From contig OZ247428.1 of NCBI GenBank assembly GCA_965232845.1, positions 897,511 through 961,510 of the forward strand: a stretch of DNA of 64,000 nt, written 5' to 3'. Source of the stretch: Dehalococcoidia bacterium. Its GTDB lineage: Bacteria > Chloroflexota > Dehalococcoidia > Lucifugimonadales > UBA3495. Made by a program: the position numbers and the translations under genes. This document shows positions 46,173 to 53,272 of the stretch, one piece after another. A model generated the notes under the pieces. It was given only the letters and a program-made list of their open reading frames with translations, was not told the DNA's origin and made no database searches. Positions within the stretch are counted from its first letter, which is position 1. Every line of letters starts with the position of its first letter.

Positions 46173-46181
46173 TGCTATTAT
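46173..46181 (+). promoter_or_regulatory. Candidate extended -10 promoter (TGcTATTAT) for the DUF4178/DUF350 operon
   Basis: cgTGcTATTATgtag, about 115 nt upstream of the ATG at 46298. No good -35. Confidence 0.35.
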
Positions 46182-46297
46182 GTAGTGAGTTTAGAATAAT
46201 ACGCCGTGGTTCGGGTTCAGTAGTTCGGAATCTTAGTCCTGATTCAGATTACCTGGACAGCATTGAGTAGAAGGTAAGTGAGGATTGGGGGTCAGCA

Positions 46298-46900
46298 ATG
46301 TTACGGTCTCTTTTCGGCAAAGGTAAGAAAAAACGAGAACCAACGAATGCGCGCCTGGAAACGAGCATTCGAGATGCCAGGGTCGGGGACGTCGTAGTCA
46401 TCCAAGGGTTGGCCCTGGAGTACGAAGACTGTTACTTCGTAGTGGAGAATATTCATCGGTATGGGGGCAGCGGCATCGTCTGGTTTGAACTGGTGGTCGC
46501 CGACTCCGACAATCGCATTTGGCTGGAATGGTCCGAGGACGATTCCGGGCTATTTGTTACCGCAACTGACAATCGCCGCCCCGTTGGTCTGGAATCCATC
46601 GGCTTGACGGAGTCTGACCTTATGTCGATCGATGAACAACGATCGATAGACCGCTCTCTAGTTGTAGATGGATTGCGCTATATCTATCGCAATAGTTTTG
46701 AAGCCTTCTATTTTCGTGACAATAGGCCAACCAACGGCGAAGGCTTTTACATGTGGGAGTTTCTTGCGGAGGACGAGAGTCGGACCCTGGCAATAACCAA
46801 GTTTGAAGATGTCCCATTCGAAGCCCACTTCAGCGAAATAATGGACCCGGACAACGTTCACCTCTATCCCGGCGAAAGGCCGGAACACAGGAGCCGGTGA
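46298..46900 (+). CDS. DUF4178-like protein
   Basis: 200 aa. VGDVVVIQGLALEYEDCYFVVENIHRYGGSGIVWFELVVADSDNRIWLEWSEDD, then a second beta-rich repeat (YMWEFLAEDESRTLAITKFED). GGATTGGGGG RBS. Confidence 0.55.
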   Translation: MLRSLFGKGKKKREPTNARLETSIRDARVGDVVVIQGLALEYEDCYFVVENIHRYGGSGIVWFELVVADSDNRIWLEWSEDDSGLFVTATDNRRPVGLESIGLTESDLMSIDEQRSIDRSLVVDGLRYIYRNSFEAFYFRDNRPTNGEGFYMWEFLAEDESRTLAITKFEDVPFEAHFSEIMDPDNVHLYPGERPEHRSR

Positions 46901-47811
46901 GTGAGATGCTGGAAGCCCTTAACGATTCGTTAGTATTTTTCCCGAGGGGACTGATCTACGTCGCTCTTGGCGTTGTGGTGATGGTACTGGCCAAGTTTGC
47001 CAGGGATCTCACTACGAGACACAGACTGGACGAGGAAGTAGTCCAAAAGAAGAACCTCTCCGAGGCATTGCGGATATCTGGCTACTTTTTTGGAGTAGTG
47101 CTGGTATTCGTTGGCGCTGTTTACCAACCTACCTACCTGGCGCAGGTCGACATCGGTCTGGGATTCAATGCAGACTTTGGCATTGACGTTCTTCGGGTTT
47201 TCCTTTATTCACTAGCCGGCATTGTTGCGCTGAATCTGGTGCGTGTTGTGATGGACCGGCTGGTGCTCTACAAGTTAGATGTTGAAAAGCAAGTAATACA
47301 GGACCAGAACTCGGCAACAGGTGCGGCCGAGTTCGGACTATTCGTGGCCACGGGACTGGTTATCGCGGGCGTCCTTTCCGGTTCGGGAGGGGAGAGCGAA
47401 CTGTCAGAGGCCCTTATTTCCCTGGCTTTCTTTGTATTGGGGCAAATAGTGCTGGTCTTGTTCGCACTTTCTTACGAGTTTACAACCTCATTTGACATTC
47501 ACGAGGAGATCGAAAAGGACAACCTTGCAGTTGGAGTCGCCTTTGGTGGGAACCTTGTCGCCATTGGCCTGGTTATGCTCAAGGCCTTGTCCGGAGATTT
47601 TCAGGGTTGGCTGCAGGGCATAACCGAGTTCGTTATCTTTGCCTTAGTTGGATTTGTTCTGCTCTATGTGCTGAGGCTGCTGGTGGACTTGCTTGTGCTG
47701 CCAAGAGTCCGAGTTTCTGAGGAGATGTCTTCGGGCCAGAATGTGGGAGTTGCCTTTCTCGAAAGCGCCGTGGTGATCAGCTCTTCCCTGATTCTCTTCT
47801 TCGCAATTTAG
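46897..47811 (+). CDS. Integral membrane protein with duplicated DUF350-like modules
   Basis: 304 aa, about 8 predicted TM helices in two similar halves (each with ...D/EEI/V..KNL/NLA.AL/GV...). GTG 46897 overlaps the upstream TGA (GTGA); alternative ATG at 46906. Confidence 0.6.
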   Translation: MSEMLEALNDSLVFFPRGLIYVALGVVVMVLAKFARDLTTRHRLDEEVVQKKNLSEALRISGYFFGVVLVFVGAVYQPTYLAQVDIGLGFNADFGIDVLRVFLYSLAGIVALNLVRVVMDRLVLYKLDVEKQVIQDQNSATGAAEFGLFVATGLVIAGVLSGSGGESELSEALISLAFFVLGQIVLVLFALSYEFTTSFDIHEEIEKDNLAVGVAFGGNLVAIGLVMLKALSGDFQGWLQGITEFVIFALVGFVLLYVLRLLVDLLVLPRVRVSEEMSSGQNVGVAFLESAVVISSSLILFFAI

Positions 47812-47914
47812 GAGGAAGCTGGATAGTTGAGGATAATGTTCCGCGCGAATTGGTGGGGTAGTTTTGCCGTTTGTTGAGCAACTCCTGGCCCAACAGATCC
47901 ATTTGGGTTTCGTT

Positions 47915-48952
47915 CTAAGAAGGAGTAGCATTAATACTATTTCCTATTCGCGCGATTAATCGGCCTTTTCTGCCTGCTTCTTCAGCCGCTTCCAGAAGTG
48001 AAAGGCCCTGGTCCAAGATCTCTTCCAAAGGCTCGTCGGCCAGGACGCTCCGGTTCACGACAGGCTCCAACAAAGAGTTGAAGAATTCGTCCTTCCCGAT
48101 TAGCTCCGTCCAGGAATCCGCAAACTCATCAAGCGTTCCGTCGTAGAGCCTCAGCAAGAAGATGGTTCGAACCGGGTCGAGGCCGTCTAGACAATAAATG
48201 GCAGGCCGCAGATCTTCTCCATGCCCGGTACCGAACAGGGCACAGTCCGTATCGTCGTCCCATACCACGTCTCCAAAAATATCGTACTTATCGATGTACG
48301 ATTCGGTCTCCCTCAACAGGTTGCCTATGTATTGCCGGCCCTGTGACGTAATTTCTAACCTGCCACCGCCTTCAGAAAATGTGACGAGGCCCTTCAGGCA
48401 CAACTGCTGAATGGCGGCCGTATCCGGACTTCCTTCTTGAGAGTCCTTCAACCCCGGCGGTTGGTGTTCATGCTTGTCCAGGAAATAAATGGCGCTGCAG
48501 GTTTGTAGCCAGTTCAGCAAGTCGGTTTCGCCAGCCGTGTATCCATTCACTAACGCATACTCAAGCGCCTGATATTCGGGGCGCAACATCAGCGATAGTA
48601 AATTGCACTTGCCCCCGTCCTTGTCAGTGATGGGAGAAAAATACCCTTCAACGTGGCCCTCCATAGCGAGAGGGGCGCCCCTTGTATCACTCATATGCAG
48701 GGTACACAGTCCACTCCGGAATTGCTCCACCACCCCCAGGAAGTAGTCGTAAATCTCGGGCAGGTCAGGGTTCTCTTCCAAGTCGAAGGAATCCTGTATG
48801 GCCAGTTGGGACTCTTCCTCCGCTGGGAAAATCATGTCAAACAGGTAGCCAATGTCAATGGCGGCAGTTTCCCCTGGGAAATCCATTTCCAGGAAGGCGT
48901 CTTCTGGCAAACCCGCCATGGTCAGCTTTACTGTCAATCCAACAATGTTCAT
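47915..48952 (-). CDS. Hypothetical acidic cytoplasmic protein
   Basis: 345 aa, no TM or signal peptide, D/E-rich. Possible winged-helix-like stretch (LCLKGLVTFSEGGGRLEITSQGRQYIGNLL). No family recognised. Confidence 0.5.
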   Translation of the reverse strand: MNIVGLTVKLTMAGLPEDAFLEMDFPGETAAIDIGYLFDMIFPAEEESQLAIQDSFDLEENPDLPEIYDYFLGVVEQFRSGLCTLHMSDTRGAPLAMEGHVEGYFSPITDKDGGKCNLLSLMLRPEYQALEYALVNGYTAGETDLLNWLQTCSAIYFLDKHEHQPPGLKDSQEGSPDTAAIQQLCLKGLVTFSEGGGRLEITSQGRQYIGNLLRETESYIDKYDIFGDVVWDDDTDCALFGTGHGEDLRPAIYCLDGLDPVRTIFLLRLYDGTLDEFADSWTELIGKDEFFNSLLEPVVNRSVLADEPLEEILDQGLSLLEAAEEAGRKGRLIARIGNSINATPS

Positions 48953-49088
48953 AGATTCCTGTACGCCAGGTCAGTTGCCGATCAGTTTCTGGAAACAGAC
49001 CATTTCCGTCTGTTAATGGCTTTGTGAGGTCCGGAAAAGAACTCCAAAACCTCTTATGCCTTCAACCCCTTAGCCCAGACCAATGTGG

Positions 49089-49892
49089 TTACCCGCCCTT
49101 TCCCCTTAGATTCAAGTGACCGCCACCGCCAGTGAAGCTGCCGCTACGGGCGCGGCCGGACGACGAGCCGAAACTGGAACGCGAGGACCTTGAGACGGCG
49201 CTGCTGGACCTGAAGGCTCCCGAAGTCCTCTGCGTCTGCTGGTAGCTTTGCCGATTTGAACTGAGGTTACGGCTGGAGTCCTGGTAACGGGAACCGGCGA
49301 AACCCTGCTGCCTGGTGGAATACCTGCTATTTCGCGCGACCTGGCTGGCATACCGGCTGGAGCCACGGTAATTTGCCCTACTGCGCCGAATTGAAGAGCC
49401 CCGGCTGACCGGGGTGGAATAGAAATAGGGGCCCGGATAGAACGCGGTGGCCAACATATAACCGAACAGGAAGCTTCCTCCCCCAAAGCTGCTGTGGTAG
49501 TAGCCGTTGGCGTTGTGACCGCGCATTTCGTGCTGATCGTTGTTCTGTACGATGGAAAAGAGCTGGTCATCCCCAGAATCTTCGATTTCGTTGTTTCCGT
49601 TCAGGTCCTCCCAACCCTCCAGGGTCAGGTTGTCTCCGTTCTGCTGGGCGCGGATCAATATGATTCCGTCGCCTTCATAGATTTCATTTACCCGTTCTTC
49701 GAATTCGGTGGCGCTCTCGGACTCCTTAAATGCCTGCTGAACGTCGTCCAGATTTATGCGGCCGGCGGCACCGTCGGTGGCGGCCCAGGTATCATAGGAT
49801 GGACCACTGCTGCAAGCGGCTATCAGCGGGGAACCGGCCACCATGCTTCCGGCAAAAATTGCCGCGCTTAATCTCCTCAGTCTCGGTGCCAT
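49089..49892 (-). CDS. Lipoprotein with acidic N-domain, hydrophobic Gly/aromatic segment and about 100-aa Ser/Arg/Gly/Gln-rich tail
   Basis: The ATG at 49892 has a GGAG RBS 5 nt upstream. MAPRLRRLSAAIFAGSMVAGSPLIAAC-SS lipobox. ...DLNGNNEIEDSGDD...GGGSFLFGYMLATAFYPGPYFY...RGSSIRRSRANYRGSSRYASQVARNSRYS...SRSSRSSFGSSSGRARSGSFTGGGG. Confidence 0.65.
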   Translation of the reverse strand: MAPRLRRLSAAIFAGSMVAGSPLIAACSSGPSYDTWAATDGAAGRINLDDVQQAFKESESATEFEERVNEIYEGDGIILIRAQQNGDNLTLEGWEDLNGNNEIEDSGDDQLFSIVQNNDQHEMRGHNANGYYHSSFGGGSFLFGYMLATAFYPGPYFYSTPVSRGSSIRRSRANYRGSSRYASQVARNSRYSTRQQGFAGSRYQDSSRNLSSNRQSYQQTQRTSGAFRSSSAVSRSSRSSFGSSSGRARSGSFTGGGGHLNLRGKGG

Positions 49893-49985
49893 CTCAACTC
49901 CTTTAATTGGGCCCAACCACGTTGTTGGAAGATAATGCCTGGGAGTCCTCTCCCTTCGATGCGGGAGGAAAAGCAATCCGATAGT

Positions 49986-52900
49986 TCATGCTACAAGTTG
50001 ACCAATTTCCCGGCTTAACTCAGAATCTTCGGCTTTTTCGTCGGACACCCGGGTAACGGTCTGCAGGGGAAACGTCAATATGCTCGAAAGAAATAGATCA
50101 CTTAGAGTTTCCTGGAACCGGTCCCACTGCTCCGCCGCATGAATTATGTAGTCTGCAACCGCCGACTTGTGCCCGATGCTGGCAGCCACAGAACTGAAAA
50201 CTGACCGTCTCAGGATCTTCCTATGCTGCAACCAGGCCTCGTCGCCGCATTCCAGGAGCAATTGCCGTGCCAGTTCATTGAATCCCTCGATTCCGATATG
50301 GGCCCGACGGACTTCCAACATTTCCATCAGTTGATCCGCCAACCTGTGGGGAACTTCGTCCAAAGCAACCCCCCGGAGGCTGGAAAGGTCGACTTCAAAC
50401 ATATGGCGGGCATCTTCGGACAAATTAGCAAACTGTTTTGCATAGTCGATTGAGTCCATCCCTGGGAAGTGCGACTCAACCAAACGCCGGGCAGTGTCAG
50501 CAACGAAGATCGGCAGGTTCTCTGCCGGGTTGGCCTTGTTCAATAATTGGCCGCGCATTTCGTAATAGGCAGCGCTGTGCTCATCAACCACTGCAGAGTA
50601 GTCGCCAAGAACGCTGCGGCGATGGGCCGCCTCGGTCTCCGCTTCAATTTGACGACTCCTGATAAAACGCTCAACCTCTTTGCCTTCAAAGTACGTTCGA
50701 CCGCCGTTATCAACTTTGCGACACCGGTCCAGGTTAGGACCTCTCTTTCCCAATGAGAACAAAGACTGGTCGTCCCACGACAGCAGCGCCCGGGAGGAAC
50801 CAAAATTTCCCTGCCGGCCGCTTCTTCCTTTCAATTGAAGCGCAACCCGAGGGAACTGATTAAATTCAGAACTTACGACGTGCAGTCCCAAGCCAAATTC
50901 CAGAGTTGGAATGAATCCAATACCTTTGTCTGGATTGCTGGGGGCATTTTCAAGAGAGACTACCAGGGAATAACACCCTTGTTGGTCTTCTGCCGCAACC
51001 ACCAATCCGGGTAGGGCCAACAGAGATTCCCGAAGCAGTTGCCCCTCCGTCTTGGAATTGCACCGAATCCTGACATGGGGACAATCGCCGGCCATTCGAC
51101 TACGGACCCGGGCGACGCATTGACGGAGGACGTCCCGGTCCAAGTCAGCAGCCAGGACTATGTCTGTTCCGCGTCCAGCCATATTGGTAGCCACGGTAAC
51201 GGCGCCGAAATTTCCTGCAGTGCGGACTATCTCAGCCTCTTTGAAACTATTGACGGCATTTAGCACCTGGTGTCCGATGCCGGCGCTCTGCAGCGCCTGG
51301 CTGAGCTTCCAGGATTGCTCGACTGTCTGTACACCCGCCAACACCGGTCGCCCAAGCAGGTTGCATGACACAACTTCAGCTACGATGGCGGCGGTCCTAT
51401 TTTCCTCAGTCAAATATATGCGGGTAGCCAGATCGGAACGTTTTGGAGGATATGTGGTTGGTACGGACGCTACCTTTAAGGAATACCGCCGCCAAAACTC
51501 TTCGGAGGCATCGGATGCTGTTCCAGTTGTTCCGGCCAACGATGGGTAGCGGCAAACAAAACCTTGCACCGAAATCTGGGCCAGGCTCTCGTGATCCGGC
51601 TCTACCGCGACCCCCACTTTTGCCTGAAGCGCGGGCTGCAGTCCGTCCTGGTAGGAATTGTCCGGCTTAAGTCTGCCGGTGTATTTATCCAGGAGAAACA
51701 CCGAGCCGTCAGCAACCATATAGTCCACGTCTTGCACCAGGATCAAGTGCGCACGAAGGGATTGATACACCTGGTTAGCCAAGTCAAGCCGGCGCATTGC
51801 TCTGCGGGAGAGCTGACCCTCCAGACTGGCATCGACCTCATTCCTGGAAGTGGCAACGTTGAAGTCCCCCAATTGACCTTCCAGGAATGCCATACCTTTT
51901 TCGGTCAGGGTTACCAGATTCTCCTGCGGGTCTGCTATGTAATACAGGCCACCAGTCAAGGACTCATCGGGAGAGTCGTTACCATTGGGGTACAAGCCCG
52001 CCATACCCCGTCGATAGGAACGCGGGTAAATGAGGGCCAACCTTCGCAGTTGCTCGTTACGAGGACTGGCCAGCAGACCCAGGCAGACTAGAGTCGCAAA
52101 ACTGGCGTGCGATGGGTCTGTATCTCTTAATGTGGTCAGGTATTCGCTGGCTAGATCTTCCTGACGGGCCACCATTCCAGCTACCGCCCGATTGACCCGG
52201 TGCAATGGCTGGGAATTACCTACGGGAGCTCCCGCTATGATAAGCGGGGTGTCAGCTTCATCAATTAAAGCTTGGTCGACTTCATCGACTATGGCCACCT
52301 GAAGGAGCGGTTGGATTACTTCTTGCCTCCCACGAGCCAGATTGTCCCGTAGATAGTCGAAACCAAACTGGCGCAAGGTACCATACACAATGTCACACTT
52401 ATAGGCCGCTTTCCTTTCAACGTCGTCCATGGCATCAAGGATGGCGTCCACCGAGAAACCCAAAGAGTGGTAAACCTCAGCCAAGAGCCGGCAATCACGC
52501 TCGGCCAGGTAGTCGTTGGCAGTCAGGATATGAACTGAACGTCCCAGCACAGCGTGCATAACTGCGGCAAAGGCAATGGCCACCGTCTTGCCTTCCCCAG
52601 CCTGCATTTCCACGACCTTGCCTTCCAGGAGTAGAACGCCGGCAAGGAGTTGCTCATCCGTAGGGTCGTAACGGAAATTCCTTTCGGCGTCTTTGCCTTC
52701 CATCGCTTGATAGAAAGAGGCGGGAAACTGTAAGTCCAACCCGTAGCGCCCCGGGGAGGCCGATCGCGCCAACTTGATGGCGTGGACTATGTTGATTTCC
52801 TCTGAGTCCAGCTTTGCGGCGTTTGGTTCGCCGTTCGCGACTTTGAAGCAGTCACCGAAGTCGGCCTGCCTGCGAGGGTTGTTAAACAAACGCCAGGCGC

Positions 52901-53240
52901 CAAGCTTTCGCCGGATACACTCGTCGACTATGGCAAATACTGAGGGCACATAGTCAGCCGCTCCAGGGCGGCCGGAAGAGCTCTCGACTTCGGTCTTGAT
53001 GCTCTGCAGGGCTTCCTTGAGTCGAAAGTCGGAAAGGTCCTGGACCTGTAACCTGCTTCGGGAGCGACGTATTTCTTGAACCACTTCCTGCTTGCGCTGT
53101 CTCCCAGAGGCTGGCCAGGCACGCCCAAACTTGGAAGCACCATCAAACAGGGTTCGCGCAACCCTCTCCAGTCCCGCCAACCGACGGTTCGTGGCAACGG
53201 ACTCGAAAATGCCAATTGACTTTGGATTGATTGCAGCCAT
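49986..53240 (-). CDS. Divergent SecA-family ATPase (SecA paralogue)
   Basis: 1084 aa. Walker A MQAGEGKT, TANDYLAERD, FGFDYLRDNL, DEAD-box VDEVDQALIDEADTPLIIAG, PPXD-like YYIADPQENLVTLTEKG, LAGTTGTA, GRPVLAG, ATNMAGRGTDI, LKGRSGRQGNFGSS, and a helical scaffold (YSAVVDEHSAAYYEMRGQLL). GAGGG RBS. Confidence 0.8.
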   Translation of the reverse strand: MAAINPKSIGIFESVATNRRLAGLERVARTLFDGASKFGRAWPASGRQRKQEVVQEIRRSRSRLQVQDLSDFRLKEALQSIKTEVESSSGRPGAADYVPSVFAIVDECIRRKLGAWRLFNNPRRQADFGDCFKVANGEPNAAKLDSEEINIVHAIKLARSASPGRYGLDLQFPASFYQAMEGKDAERNFRYDPTDEQLLAGVLLLEGKVVEMQAGEGKTVAIAFAAVMHAVLGRSVHILTANDYLAERDCRLLAEVYHSLGFSVDAILDAMDDVERKAAYKCDIVYGTLRQFGFDYLRDNLARGRQEVIQPLLQVAIVDEVDQALIDEADTPLIIAGAPVGNSQPLHRVNRAVAGMVARQEDLASEYLTTLRDTDPSHASFATLVCLGLLASPRNEQLRRLALIYPRSYRRGMAGLYPNGNDSPDESLTGGLYYIADPQENLVTLTEKGMAFLEGQLGDFNVATSRNEVDASLEGQLSRRAMRRLDLANQVYQSLRAHLILVQDVDYMVADGSVFLLDKYTGRLKPDNSYQDGLQPALQAKVGVAVEPDHESLAQISVQGFVCRYPSLAGTTGTASDASEEFWRRYSLKVASVPTTYPPKRSDLATRIYLTEENRTAAIVAEVVSCNLLGRPVLAGVQTVEQSWKLSQALQSAGIGHQVLNAVNSFKEAEIVRTAGNFGAVTVATNMAGRGTDIVLAADLDRDVLRQCVARVRSRMAGDCPHVRIRCNSKTEGQLLRESLLALPGLVVAAEDQQGCYSLVVSLENAPSNPDKGIGFIPTLEFGLGLHVVSSEFNQFPRVALQLKGRSGRQGNFGSSRALLSWDDQSLFSLGKRGPNLDRCRKVDNGGRTYFEGKEVERFIRSRQIEAETEAAHRRSVLGDYSAVVDEHSAAYYEMRGQLLNKANPAENLPIFVADTARRLVESHFPGMDSIDYAKQFANLSEDARHMFEVDLSSLRGVALDEVPHRLADQLMEMLEVRRAHIGIEGFNELARQLLLECGDEAWLQHRKILRRSVFSSVAASIGHKSAVADYIIHAAEQWDRFQETLSDLFLSSILTFPLQTVTRVSDEKAEDSELSREIGQLVA

Positions 53241-53272
53241 TGTCCCTTGCCCTCATACCAGAGAGGAACAAA

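Noticed and set aside
47840-47870. A possible att-like direct repeat of the tRNA-Pro 3' flank (gaattggtggggtag versus gaattggatggtcggggtgag at 54854-54874)
   Set aside because: The match is short and gapped, and does not cover the tRNA 3' stem properly. It is most likely chance.
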